From Methanomassiliicoccaceae archaeon (GTDB lineage: Archaea > Thermoplasmatota > Thermoplasmata > Methanomassiliicoccales > Methanomassiliicoccaceae): a stretch of 64,000 nucleotides of DNA. Made by a program: the position numbers and the translations under genes. Under the pieces are notes generated by a model. The model did not search any database, was not told where the DNA came from, and saw only the letters and a list, made by a program, of their open reading frames with translations. Positions 1-11,286 of the stretch are shown piece by piece. Where the stretch lies: assembly GCA_040776945.1 (NCBI GenBank), contig JAXGZN010000001.1, positions 64,001-128,000 on the forward strand, read 5' to 3'. Position 1 is the first letter of the stretch; each line of letters opens with the position of its first letter.

Positions 1-963
1 CGCGCCCATCCCGCCCTGCTGAGCGCCCTGCGAAGGCTGGGAAAGCACAAGGAATACTTAGAGAGGTTCGAGCCCCTGAGCCGTGACAACAGCCTGCTGT
101 ACACCGGCCCCGAGACCCTGGACCGGCCAGCGCTCCTTAGGTATGAAAAGAGGTTCTTCGAGCGGTACAAGTATCCGGACACCGAGGTCATGGTGGCGTT
201 CGAGGAGTCGGGAAAGCCGTACGCCAAGCGTTACCAGAAGGAGATGGGCGATGTCATGGAGACATGCGACGCGCACTTCTTCGTGGCCTCGCCCATCGGC
301 CCCGTGCCGATCGAGCTTGATGAGATGTACCCCATTGCCCAATCGCTCTTCCCTGACCCTCCGGACCTGGAGACCAAGGAGAGGATAAAGGAGCAGATGG
401 AACATCTCTCCCATGAGCACCCCTATGCCCTAGGGGTGGCGTGGGACGGGCAGGCGACCATCGACACGCTGGAGATGATGTGCCAGAAGGAGCCGTCCTT
501 CAACATTGATCTGGCTAGGGTCCGGGCAGTGAGCGACTACCAGTTCGGAAAGGATGCTGCAGACCTGCTTCTCGACGGAGAGATCGAGATAAGAAAATCG
601 GAGAACACCGGCAAGGTACGCAATGTGCTGGTCAACGGGGAGCACATCCTGTCGATGCGTGCCAACGACGGATTCTTCACGCTCCGGCCTCCAGGCGCCG
701 CACGCCTGAAGAACGGTTTCCACGCGCCGAGGCTCCGGGTCACGGTCAAGGACGACTCCGTTCCGTTCAACCGTGAGGGCAAGAACGTGTTCTGCACCTT
801 CGTCTCCGACTGCGACCCCGAGGTCCGCCCCATGGACGAGGTCATGGTCGTCGATAAGGACGATAACCTGGTCGCCCTGGGCCGGGCGTTGCTGACCAGG
901 GACGAGATGTTCTCCTTCCGCACCGGGATCGCGGTCAAGGTCCGCGAAGGGATCAAGCTCTGA
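1..963 (+). CDS. tgtA: Archaeosine tRNA-guanine(15) transglycosylase, C-terminal part with PUA domain (5' truncated by window edge)
   Basis: Frame 1 is open from base 1 (RAHPALL...YLERFEP). Contains GPVPIELDEMYPIAQS, DYQFG, and a PUA domain (GKNVF...VRPMDEVMVV...GIAVKVREG). Confidence 0.9.
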   Translation, partial: RAHPALLSALRRLGKHKEYLERFEPLSRDNSLLYTGPETLDRPALLRYEKRFFERYKYPDTEVMVAFEESGKPYAKRYQKEMGDVMETCDAHFFVASPIGPVPIELDEMYPIAQSLFPDPPDLETKERIKEQMEHLSHEHPYALGVAWDGQATIDTLEMMCQKEPSFNIDLARVRAVSDYQFGKDAADLLLDGEIEIRKSENTGKVRNVLVNGEHILSMRANDGFFTLRPPGAARLKNGFHAPRLRVTVKDDSVPFNREGKNVFCTFVSDCDPEVRPMDEVMVVDKDDNLVALGRALLTRDEMFSFRTGIAVKVREGIKL

Positions 964-1191
964 TCACCTCGCCGCCTTCACCGCCTCCTCGGCCACCTTG
1001 AGGCAGGCCAAAAGGTCCTCCAAGGTATGCAGCATCTGCGGGGAGGTGTCGGATCGAGAGCGTATTATGACCTTGCGGCCCTCTCTTCGTGCTTCAGCAT
1101 AAGGGGCATTGTCCGGCGATATAGCCTCCAGCACCGCGGCGGCATCCTTCTCGTCGTCATATTCCAGGACGATCTCGCATTCGACGCTCAC
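964..1191 (-). CDS. KEOPS Pcc1-family paralog (Pcc2-like), 75 aa
   Basis: GTG start at 1191, in the 3' end of the 964..1776 ORF. Motifs AVLEAISPDN and TLEDLLACLKVAEE are typical of the Pcc1 fold. Confidence 0.8.
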   Translation of the reverse strand: MSVECEIVLEYDDEKDAAAVLEAISPDNAPYAEARREGRKVIIRSRSDTSPQMLHTLEDLLACLKVAEEAVKAAR

Positions 1192-1288
1192 GCGCCTATT
1201 ATGGATATGGCGGGAAAAAGGATTGTGGGCGTTCGTACTCGCTTTCGGGAACAATTTATACTTGCAGCCCGAATGATGTAACGGGACC

Positions 1289-1807
1289 ATGGAGCTTATC
1301 GAGTTCTTCGAGAGGAGAAGGAGCGTTAGGGTGTTCACGGACGAGCCTGTTCCTGACGAGATCATAGAGAACGCGCTCATGGTGGCGAACTTGGCCCCTT
1401 CAGCGGGTAACTTACAGGCCAGGGACTTCGTCATAGTTAGGGATGAAAAGGTCCGAAAGGCACTGGCAGAGGCCTCTCCGGGCCACAGGTTCCTGGAGAC
1501 CGTATCGGTGATAATCGTATGCTGCGCCAACCACGACCGCATCATCCAGTACGGGCCCCGCGGGAGGAACCTGTTCTGCATCCAGGACGTCTCGGTCTCG
1601 ATAGAGAACATGCTGCTGTACCTAGCGGCCAGCGGATATGGGGCGTGCTGGATAGGGACCTTCGACGAGGAGATGGTCGCCTCCGCGCTCGGCCTTCCGC
1701 CGCATGTCCGCCCGCTCACCCTGGTGCCGGTAGGCAAGCCCAAGAAAGAGGGCGTGAGGCCTCCGAGGATGGACATAAAAAGGCTGGTACATCATGATCG
1801 CTGGTGA
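1289..1807 (+). CDS. Nitroreductase family protein
   Basis: RRSVRVF, APSAGNLQ and GYGACWIG motifs. Confidence 0.9.
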   Translation: MELIEFFERRRSVRVFTDEPVPDEIIENALMVANLAPSAGNLQARDFVIVRDEKVRKALAEASPGHRFLETVSVIIVCCANHDRIIQYGPRGRNLFCIQDVSVSIENMLLYLAASGYGACWIGTFDEEMVASALGLPPHVRPLTLVPVGKPKKEGVRPPRMDIKRLVHHDRW

Positions 1808-1832
1808 TCTGGTGCACGATAGGGGGCGGAGG

Positions 1833-1905
1833 TAGCCCCGGGCAGATTCGAACTGCCGTCGCCGGCTCCAAAGGCCGGCATGATTGACCACTACACTACG
1901 GGGCT
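1833..1905 (-). tRNA. tRNA-Gln(TTG)
   Basis: Reverse complement folds as a cloverleaf: acceptor AGCCCCG/CGGGGCT (A1-U72, as in archaeal tRNAGln), anticodon arm CCGGC-CTTTGGA-GCCGG, T-loop GTTCGAATC. Confidence 0.95.
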
Positions 1906-1958
1906 ATGGCCGGCGCCGTCCTCCGGGCCGACGAACTGAGGAATAATGAGTATGTATT

Positions 1959-3236
1959 TCAGGCTTTACCCTCGCCGCGCGATCTCGGGCCTTCGCCCTC
2001 ACAGGGCCGGGCGAACAGATGGGTCGGGGCGCTGTCGGTGATCTCGATGTCCAATGCTGTGCCGAGGGGCAGGCGGCCGGGGAGTACGACCTGCTTGTAG
2101 CTGCGGGTCCTGGCGATGGAGGTGCCGTTCTTCCCCTCTTCGGTCACCACGACCCTTTCCTCCCTGCCGACCAAGGCGGCGTTGATCTCCCTGGATATCT
2201 CAAAGCGGAGCTTCGACAGTTCCCTGGACCTCTCCTTGGAGATCCGGCCGGGCACCTGGTCCTTCGCTCTCGCGGCCTGCGTGCCTTTCCGGGGGGAGAA
2301 GCGGGTCACGTTCACGATGTCCGGCCGAACCGCCCTTAAGAGTTTGACGGTGGCGCGGTGATCGTCCTCGGTCTCCCCGGGGAACCCGGTGATGACATCG
2401 GTGGACAGCGTCATCTCTGGCGACGCTTCCTTCAGCCGTCGGACCAGGGATGCGAAATCGCCGGGAGCATATCCGCGGTTCATCCTCTCAAGCACCTTGG
2501 GGCTGCCGCTCTGCACCGGGAGATGGATGAACTGGTAGACCTTCGGGACCGTCCACGAGGGAACGAACCGATCGATCAGCTTGCCGAGGTTGTCCGGATT
2601 CATCATACCCACACGGACCATGAAGTCGCCCGAGAGGGCGGTGATCCGGTCAAGGAGGACCGAGAGGTCAGTGCCCATGTCGAAGCCGTAACATGCAGTG
2701 TCCTGGGCGGTTACCAGCAGCTCTCTCGCTCCGGACCGCAGGGCCGATCGCGCGGAATCCACGATCTCATCCATCGGGTAGCTTGACAGCAGGCCTCGGG
2801 CAAATCGGGTGATACAGTACGTGCAAGCTCCCAGGCAGCCCTGGGCCACCGGGAGCACCGAGGTGACCTGAGCTCCGTGAACGGCCATCGGCAGCGCGTC
2901 CCCCCGGCCGAAGCTGCTCTCTACCATTTTCGAGAAGGATGAGTAGTCACGGGGGGCGAGGATTAGCGCGCCGGGTGCGTTCCTCACGATGTCGTCCGGT
3001 TGCACCGAGGCCATGCAGCCGACCACGATGAGCCTCTTGCTGCCTCCAAGCTCCTTCATCCTCCTGATCATGCGGCCCTCGGTCTCCTTGATCACCGTGC
3101 AGGTGTTCAGGACGACCACGTCCGCGTCCGAGACGTTGTCCACGACCTCATGTCCAAGGGCACGGAGCCTCGAGGCCAGCTCCGCTCCCTCCCCTTGGTT
3201 CATGGTGCAGCCGTAGGTCTCCACGCTGACCTTCAC
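1959..3236 (-). CDS. MiaB-like tRNA methylthiotransferase (archaeal e-MtaB/CDKAL1 type)
   Basis: UPF0004 domain (YGCTMN, NTCTV, GCMA), radical SAM motif CLGACTYC, HLPVQSGS, C-terminal TRAM domain. Confidence 0.9.
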   Translation of the reverse strand: MKVSVETYGCTMNQGEGAELASRLRALGHEVVDNVSDADVVVLNTCTVIKETEGRMIRRMKELGGSKRLIVVGCMASVQPDDIVRNAPGALILAPRDYSSFSKMVESSFGRGDALPMAVHGAQVTSVLPVAQGCLGACTYCITRFARGLLSSYPMDEIVDSARSALRSGARELLVTAQDTACYGFDMGTDLSVLLDRITALSGDFMVRVGMMNPDNLGKLIDRFVPSWTVPKVYQFIHLPVQSGSPKVLERMNRGYAPGDFASLVRRLKEASPEMTLSTDVITGFPGETEDDHRATVKLLRAVRPDIVNVTRFSPRKGTQAARAKDQVPGRISKERSRELSKLRFEISREINAALVGREERVVVTEEGKNGTSIARTRSYKQVVLPGRLPLGTALDIEITDSAPTHLFARPCEGEGPRSRGEGKA

Positions 3237-3360
3237 GCAACGCCCATCGGGACGTCCCTATTAAGGTTTTTACCGATCTAGCCTTAAGAGCGCCTGCATG
3301 CTTCCGTCCGCTCTCCATCTGATGTACATGCGACCGGCGAGGCCTGGGCCTTCGGGGGGT

Positions 3361-4092
3361 TCACTCGCCTTTCGCCGGCCTGCCGACCACGGACATGTAG
3401 ACCGCGCTCTCCCTGGTACCATCTACGCCTAGCAGACTGTTCATCTCATCGTCGTACATGGCGGCTATTTGGCAGGAGCCGAGACCCATGGACGCGGCGG
3501 CGATGGCCATGTTGGCGGCGACATGCGCGGCGTCCAGGTAAATATAGCGATATCCTCTCTGCCCGTACTTCCACACCGTTCGCTCGAAGACCGCGGTGTG
3601 AACTAGCGCTAGGGGCGCCTGGGCGCACATGGCCTGGTCAAGGGCGCAGGCGGCGGCCTCCCTGCCGAGCGGGCCGGCCTTCAGGCGCTGCAGGGAGTGA
3701 TCCCTTACATCATAGTGGTACAGGCCCGGAGGTAAGTCCTCCACCTGGTTGACGAGAACGTAGGTCTCTATAGGATATAGTCCGCCGGCGGAAGGCGAGG
3801 TGCGGAATAGGTGGCCCTGCCTTTGCTCCCTTGCCCCTGTTGCCGCCCACAGCAAATAGGACAGTTCGTGGATAGACAACGACCCAGGAACGAAACGCCT
3901 CACGCTCCTCCTTGCGTGCAGAGCCTCGTCCACCGAGGACGTTGCGGCCGTCGGTGGCGGCAAAGGTAGCCTCTCGGCCTGAGGAAATTCCTTGTAGGCT
4001 GGAGGCTTGGCGGACCAGTTCAGCCTCTTCCCCGTCAACATCGAGCGGACGTGCTTGGTGAGTTCCTGGAACCTCTCCCCGATCGTTTCCAT
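3361..4092 (-). CDS. SagB/ThcOx-type nitroreductase-fold oxidoreductase
   Basis: RRSVRRF, RTSPSAGGLYPIE, GLYHYD, KYGQRGYRYIYLDAAH motifs. Start could be 4119. Confidence 0.85.
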   Translation of the reverse strand: METIGERFQELTKHVRSMLTGKRLNWSAKPPAYKEFPQAERLPLPPPTAATSSVDEALHARRSVRRFVPGSLSIHELSYLLWAATGAREQRQGHLFRTSPSAGGLYPIETYVLVNQVEDLPPGLYHYDVRDHSLQRLKAGPLGREAAACALDQAMCAQAPLALVHTAVFERTVWKYGQRGYRYIYLDAAHVAANMAIAAASMGLGSCQIAAMYDDEMNSLLGVDGTRESAVYMSVVGRPAKGE

Positions 4093-4198
4093 ACGAATTG
4101 TATCTGGATATGACGGCATAAGCATGGCGCCGTTCTTCGGATTTATGTTCAGCCGATGTTCCGCGCGGGGCCGGATTCCATTGGGAGACCGCGATCCA

Positions 4199-4711
4199 TT
4201 AAAGGTTACCTTTCTGGTCAAGAGATAGGGGAGCCTTACCAGTAGTTGCGAACACATGCTTCGATCGCGCAGGGTTCCCGGTCACTGCGACTACCTCTCC
4301 TACGAAGAGGGTATGGTCTCCGACCTCGTGGGCCTGCACCAGCTTGCATTCGAAGGCAGCTGTGCACTCTCCGACCGTCGGCGGCCTGACCTTCTTGCTT
4401 GGCGAAGCGGCCAGTCCGGTCTGGGCGAACTTGTCCTCGCGGCGCCCGGAATGCGTCCCGCAGTACATGGCCGATTTCTCCTGTTCTGCGGACGGATAGC
4501 ATATCACGAACTCCTTGCAGCTCTTGATCAGGCCGTTGGAATATCGGCCATGGCCGATGGAGACGGCCATGAGGAACGGTTCGAACGATATCCTGGTCAC
4601 CCAGGAGGCGCCCATTACGTTAGGTCTGCCCTCGTCGTCCACCGAGGTGACGAGCACATACGGCAGTGGCGAGGTTAAACTGAAGCCGGTATTGAAATCG
4701 AGCTCGTCCAT
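4199..4711 (-). CDS. Flavin reductase family protein
   Basis: VLVTS...GRPNVM, CGTHSGR-EDKF, GDHTLFVGEV motifs. Confidence 0.9.
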   Translation of the reverse strand: MDELDFNTGFSLTSPLPYVLVTSVDDEGRPNVMGASWVTRISFEPFLMAVSIGHGRYSNGLIKSCKEFVICYPSAEQEKSAMYCGTHSGRREDKFAQTGLAASPSKKVRPPTVGECTAAFECKLVQAHEVGDHTLFVGEVVAVTGNPARSKHVFATTGKAPLSLDQKGNL

Positions 4712-5060
4712 GCGATAAAAAGGATAGGTCGGTTTATAAATAATATAAGGCGAAAGGCAACGGCATAGGCGGGGCCGATGGAGCGGACGGGTTGCTGGCC
4801 TGCGCCGATTCCTTTTCTCTTAAGGTCCTCTTCGTTCCTGGTAACCGGCCAGCTTAGAGGCGTAGGAAATTGAGGCATGGGTGACTCCAGTATGTCTTCT
4901 CATGCTCCAGGATGCGTTTATGGACGCGCCTATTGACGCTGGGAGAATGATCGGTGCCCGGGCCATAATGGGCTGGATTGGGCTCCGGGGCTTATGGACG
5001 AGCTACTTAGAACGGTCGGGCCCCAAGACTTTTTCTAAGAATACCCTTTTCCCAAAAGGG

Positions 5061-6473
5061 ATGGCGGTCATTGAAAAAAGCAGGGAACAGGTGCTCTTGC
5101 TGATCGTCATCGTCTTCCTGACGACCATGGACGGGATGGATGCCTCCATCGTGAACATCGCGCTGCCCAGTATCGCGTCCTCGTTCCTGGTCGACACCAG
5201 CACTGCCTCGTGGGTCTCTTTGACATATTTCATGATGATGGCTGGCCTTCTCCTGGTGTTCGGCCGTCTGGCGGATCGAGGCATTATCAAGAAGGTCCTT
5301 ATGTCGGGTTTGGCCCTCTTTACGATATTTTCTCTTGTCTGCGGATTGGCCATCACCTTCGAGGTGCTGATCATCGGCCGGATCTTCCAGGGTGTGGGCG
5401 CGGCCGTCATGGGGGCCTGCGCCCCCCTCCTATGCGTCAGGTTCCTCCCAAAGAGCAGGCTCGGACTGGGTATGAGCACGATAGCCATAGGGGCGTCCAT
5501 AGGATATGCGTCGGGACCGACCCTAGGCGGAATTATAACCCAATATCTCTCCTGGCACTGGATATTCATCATCAATTTGCCCATTGGGATCGCCGGCATT
5601 CTGTTCATGGCAAAGGCCATACCCAAGGACGAAGGCAATGGCCGGGCCTATTTTGACGTCCCGGGGTCCGCACTATCGGTGATTGCCATGATCGCTGGAG
5701 TATTCGCGATAGAGCGATCTTCCCATGTCGGGATCGAGGATTTTCAGATAGTCGCGGCCATCTTCATTTTCATCGTATCGACCATTCTATTCATCCTGTG
5801 GGAGAGAAGATGCGCAGAGCCGATCCTGAACCTCAGCATATTTCGCTCCTGGGAATTCAACTCGGTGTTCTCGGCATACCTGTTGATCAATCTGGTAGGG
5901 ACAGGAATATGGTATCTGACGCCGTTCTATCTTTCTCTGGCCATGGGTCTCGATCCAGCCACGAGCGGGTTGTTCATGCTGATACCGCCGGTCGTGACCC
6001 TGATGATCAGTGTTCCTATCGGCAAGCTGTCCGATCGTTCCGGTAGAAGATGGTTCAGCGTCATGTCCTGCATGGCCATGACCACCGCCAGCGGCATCCT
6101 GTTCCTGATCGATCCGGTGAATGGAGCGGCCCCTCTATTGATCGCCTTGTTCTTCATGGGCGTCCTGTGGGGGTCCTGTGGTCCGGCCGCGAGCCGCATC
6201 GTTGAGAAGATAGGTACTCGTGAGAAGGGAACGGGCTCCGCCCTCATCGCAGTCGCGGCATATCTGGGAGCGGCCGTGGGGGCGGCCGCCTATGCCGCGC
6301 TCTTCTCCACCCTGAGCGGTGCCGGCAATACTCCGTTCGCAGATCTTGACATCCATGTTTTCCTGGAAGGCTACCACGGCGTCATGCTGGTGGGCATGGC
6401 CATGGCAGCATTGGGCGTTGTGCTATCGGCCGCAGTTAAAGATGAGGAGCGCCGTCCCGAAACGACGGGGTGA
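5061..6473 (+). CDS. MFS efflux transporter (DHA2/EmrB-like, about 14 TM)
   Basis: DASIVNIALPSI, FGRLADRG, GRIFQGVG, GPTLGG motifs and many hydrophobic segments. Confidence 0.9.
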   Translation: MAVIEKSREQVLLLIVIVFLTTMDGMDASIVNIALPSIASSFLVDTSTASWVSLTYFMMMAGLLLVFGRLADRGIIKKVLMSGLALFTIFSLVCGLAITFEVLIIGRIFQGVGAAVMGACAPLLCVRFLPKSRLGLGMSTIAIGASIGYASGPTLGGIITQYLSWHWIFIINLPIGIAGILFMAKAIPKDEGNGRAYFDVPGSALSVIAMIAGVFAIERSSHVGIEDFQIVAAIFIFIVSTILFILWERRCAEPILNLSIFRSWEFNSVFSAYLLINLVGTGIWYLTPFYLSLAMGLDPATSGLFMLIPPVVTLMISVPIGKLSDRSGRRWFSVMSCMAMTTASGILFLIDPVNGAAPLLIALFFMGVLWGSCGPAASRIVEKIGTREKGTGSALIAVAAYLGAAVGAAAYAALFSTLSGAGNTPFADLDIHVFLEGYHGVMLVGMAMAALGVVLSAAVKDEERRPETTG

Positions 6474-6555
6474 ACGGCCATTATCTTCCATGAACGGTTA
6501 GGACGGTCGGGAGATGCATCCGGAGAGGCCCCGTCTATGCCGATAGATATACAAA

Positions 6556-6642
6556 TGGCGCGAAGGGGGGGATTTGAACCCCCGAGACCGAGCGGTCACA
6601 GGATTAGCAATCCTGCGCCTTACCGGGCTGGGCTACCTCCGC
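6556..6642 (-). tRNA. tRNA-Ser(GCT), CCA encoded
   Basis: Anticodon arm CAGGA-TTGCTAA-TCCTG, long variable arm GACCG-CT-CGGTC, T-loop GTTCAAATC, 3' end GCCA. Confidence 0.95.
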
Positions 6643-6777
6643 TTTGATGCCACACAACGGACTGCTCCACTTAAACTTTTTTGTCCTGGGAATGCTCACC
6701 GGCCCCTCCAAACATTCTAATTGATAAGGGATTTGGGAGATGGTGATTCCTTCGCCTCAGTTATTATTTGTATATAT

Positions 6778-6806
6778 GTCCAAGTTACGTCCAAGTACGG
6801 TCCAAG
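6778..6806. repeat. Three GTCCAAG direct repeats at 11-bp period
   Basis: Copies at 6778-6784, 6789-6795 and 6800-6806, next to TATATAT at 6771-6777. Confidence 0.8.
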
Positions 6807-6959
6807 CTGGAGATCGAGCAGAAAATAAGAGGCGTCCCCGGAGATCCATTAGGCCGGTCCGTAGGCAACGAGCTATGGTCCCGGAGGCCGCGGGGCCTAA
6901 CAAGGCGTCCGATGGCCGAGCTTCCCGTTCCGAGGAACGCACGGTGGAAGAGGACTGCA

Positions 6960-7092
6960 ACAATCTTTATATATCAGTGCTGAATAAGGAGGTTTTGCTG
7001 TGAGATATGGAATAACAAAGATACCATATCTTCCATACATTCAGATCGGAGGAAAAAGGACTTTCATCCTGTGTGAAAGGTCTTATATATGA
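6960..7092 (+). promoter_or_regulatory. Candidate tandem rRNA promoters
   Basis: TATA-like TTTATATA near 6966-6973 and TTATATAT near 7083-7090, upstream of the 16S gene. Confidence 0.5.
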
Positions 7093-7475
7093 CTTCGGTT
7101 TTAATGGGAAAGGCGCGGATGTGGAAGGAAATGAACACATCCTCGTAAAAACGCAGAACCCGAGCATACAAATGCTTAAATACAACATCTGTATTTATGG
7201 GAAAGCTGCGTTAGACAGCAAACGATGCTGCGAAACGGTCCTGAGCGACGGTCGAAAGGCCGGCTATGAGGAGATCGTATCCAAAGCTTCGTACACATGA
7301 CATGGAGAACTGAGATCTCCGCGTATCACGCGTGCTCTCTTGGTTCTGACGTTCGATGCAATGTAACCAACCCATAACAAGAATAATATCACAGCGTGGT
7401 TACGCTGGTGAAACTTGGTAATCCTGCCAACCTATAAGTGTGTCCTGACGGCAACTTCTGTTGCTTAAGGAATGG

Positions 7476-8943
<1,468 letters not shown>

Positions 8944-9378
8944 ACGTTAACAACCAGCAAGGAGAGGCCCTAGTGCCTTTCCCTGCCCAATTCCTGGTAG
9001 GATACCAAGCACCAAAACAAATTGCATCGAACGTCATTGTCAGTTTATTTTCTAATATGACCCCAGAACTCATATGCGATTTCGTTCTAGCGTTTCCAGC
9101 GAATCGTGACAAGCCCTTGCCACTGGCACTGGTTACAATCAAGAACGTAAGTCCTTATTAAAATTTTCAACGCTGCCTTCAGACATCGTATCGATTCTCT
9201 TCCGATCAAGCCCTATGAAATCCTTTGTTCGTGTTCACAATAGAACAAAATTGCTTCCCGCTCGCTGCGAGTTCGTTCGAACACAAGTTCGCCATGTTTC
9301 AAATCCGCAGTAAGGAGCATCACGACGAGCCCCGAGCCATAGACGAAGATGTGATCTAGATGAGCTTCCAACCTAGAT

Positions 9379-9451
9379 AGGAGGATGGCAGCTTAACCTT
9401 TGGCGAAACCAATGGAGATATTGGCAGAAGGTTAGTATGGCCTCCTTTCTT
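9379..9451 (+). terminator. Long imperfect hairpin plus pyrimidine tract (possible rRNA terminator)
   Basis: Nested arms AGGAGG/CCTCCT, TAACCTT/AAGGTTA and CCAAT/ATTGG, followed by TTCTT. Confidence 0.4.
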
Positions 9452-9473
9452 GAAAACTGACGGAATAATAATG

Positions 9474-9510
9474 ATAACACGAAATGAAAAATCGTAATAC
9501 TTAATAAATA
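9474..9510 (+). promoter_or_regulatory. NikR-like operator abutting a TATA-like box
   Basis: ATAACAC-N13-GTAATAC (9474-9500), followed directly by TTAATAAATA. Confidence 0.55.
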
Positions 9511-9569
9511 ATATCTCTTTATGGGTGTCGAGATTCTCTGTTAGGCAGAGCGTTTCTTGAGCTGATGAT

Positions 9570-11210
9570 ATGGAAAAGGACAAGCTGGTGAAAATCATAG
9601 CGATAGCTATAGTGGCCATCCTAGGCCTTTCAGGATTATATTACCTCAGTACGGGCAAATCGAAAGAACAACCGACCGCCTCAGATGAATGGATAGGCAA
9701 CCTAAACATAGGTTATGTCACGACCGCTGGCAATCATTTCGGTTGGCAAGACATGGGCACCTATCTATTCCACGCGACTGTGTACCAAGAATCCCTGATT
9801 GGTATGGATTCCAATGGCAACTATATTCCCCGTCTCGCAGACCGTTGGGAGACCTCGGACTCAAAGACGTGGACGTTCCACCTGAATCGCAATGCAACCT
9901 GGCATGACGGTGTTCCTTTCACTGCCAGAGATGTGTGGTTCACAATCAATTATTCGTTGGAGAAGAGGCCGTGGGGCATGAACGATGCCAAGTTCATGGA
10001 GCAGATCGAGAGCGTGTCCGCTCCTGACGAGCACACGATTATAATTGTAATGGAAACAGCGTTCTCCAATCTACTTAACAATATGAGGATCGGGATGGTA
10101 GTGGTGCCAGAACATATCTACAAGCACGTTGCGGACCCTATGACCTATGGTCAACCATCCACAGAGCTCAACTCGACCATAGGAACTGGACCATATAAGG
10201 TGTTGGGCCTTGATACAACCGCGAGGCTGTTGAAGTTCACGGCGAATGAGGAATATTATCGTGGCGCTCCAGCTGTGAAGAACATCACCGTCCGTTTCTA
10301 TGGGAACAGCGACTCTCTGGTCCTTGCCCTTCTGAACGGAGACATCGATACAGTATTCGGTTGGGGGGCTGGGGTAGACTATTATTATGTGCCACAGATA
10401 TTGAGTAATCCCAGCATGAGAATTTCTTTGAACCCAAGCGTAGCGATGCACGCGCTCAATTTCAACTGCAACCGGACACCGTTCAATGATGTGGAGCTAA
10501 GGAAGGCCGTTTCTTACGCTCTCGACTATGTCCAGTTAAAGGACATTATCATGGGAGGCTATGGGTCTGTACCTAATACAGGGATCATTCCCTCCAGCAT
10601 GAAGAATTACGTTGAAACCGCTCAGTTCCAGACGAACGTGACTAAAGCAAAAGAGATGTTGACAACGCTTGGTTACGTCGATATCGACGAGGATGGGTTC
10701 AGAGAGATGCCGAATGGCAGCAAGTTCCAGCCCCAACTACTCCTATCGAGCGCAACGCGATGGGTCCGCTCTGCTGAGATCATAGAGGAGAACCTCAAGG
10801 CCGTTGGGATCGATGTGCAGTTGAAGGTCGTCTCTTCGGGCTTTGCGGGGGAGAAGGCGAAGCGCGAATATGATATGGTGCTCAGCGGCACCTCTCAGGC
10901 TGGAACGTTCGCATGGGAAAGTTATTATACCGTACAGGTGGACGGCTATGGCAGTCTAGGAGATTGCCAGGTGTTTGATGCTCAGCTTCAGAGCATAATC
11001 GATGCGTTGAAGAACAGTACCACTGATGGGCAACAAGCAACAGCGGCCAAGAACCTGCAGGAATATTATGCGGCGAAAATACCTGCAATCCCATTGTACT
11101 GGTTCTCGAACATCCAACCGTTCAACGGCAGGTATGAGGGCTTCGGCTATGATATCGGGTTCGGCACAGTGATGTGCTATGATACTTACTTCAACCTGCG
11201 GAAAACGTGA
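9570..11210 (+). CDS. ABC transporter substrate-binding protein, family 5 (peptide/nickel)
   Basis: N-terminal TM anchor. LADRWE...TWTFHL...WHDGVPFTARDV, GTGPYK and LRKAVSYALD motifs. Confidence 0.93.
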   Translation: MEKDKLVKIIAIAIVAILGLSGLYYLSTGKSKEQPTASDEWIGNLNIGYVTTAGNHFGWQDMGTYLFHATVYQESLIGMDSNGNYIPRLADRWETSDSKTWTFHLNRNATWHDGVPFTARDVWFTINYSLEKRPWGMNDAKFMEQIESVSAPDEHTIIIVMETAFSNLLNNMRIGMVVVPEHIYKHVADPMTYGQPSTELNSTIGTGPYKVLGLDTTARLLKFTANEEYYRGAPAVKNITVRFYGNSDSLVLALLNGDIDTVFGWGAGVDYYYVPQILSNPSMRISLNPSVAMHALNFNCNRTPFNDVELRKAVSYALDYVQLKDIIMGGYGSVPNTGIIPSSMKNYVETAQFQTNVTKAKEMLTTLGYVDIDEDGFREMPNGSKFQPQLLLSSATRWVRSAEIIEENLKAVGIDVQLKVVSSGFAGEKAKREYDMVLSGTSQAGTFAWESYYTVQVDGYGSLGDCQVFDAQLQSIIDALKNSTTDGQQATAAKNLQEYYAAKIPAIPLYWFSNIQPFNGRYEGFGYDIGFGTVMCYDTYFNLRKT

Positions 11211-11229
11211 AGGACGGGCGGAAAAACCG

Positions 11230-11252
11230 AGGGGCTGACCGCCCCTCTTTCA
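11230..11252 (+). terminator. Intra-operon hairpin after the binding-protein gene
   Basis: GAGGGGC-TGACC-GCCCCTC followed by TTTC. Confidence 0.55.
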
Positions 11253-11286
11253 TAATTAATTTAAGATAAAGCAGGGGACGAGCAGC

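Noticed and set aside
3304-4790. Imperfect inverted repeat (CCGTCCGCTC at 3304-3313, GAGCGGACGG at 4781-4790) flanking the SagB-like and flavin reductase genes
   Set aside because: Only 10 bp exact in GC-rich DNA, with no transposase or target-site duplication. Probably chance.
3361-6473. SagB-type oxidase plus MFS exporter as a RiPP cluster
   Set aside because: No YcaO or precursor peptide nearby. Stand-alone SagB-like genes are common in methanogens.
6740-7300. Short ORFs upstream of the 16S gene
   Set aside because: No motifs, and they overlap the rRNA promoter and leader region.
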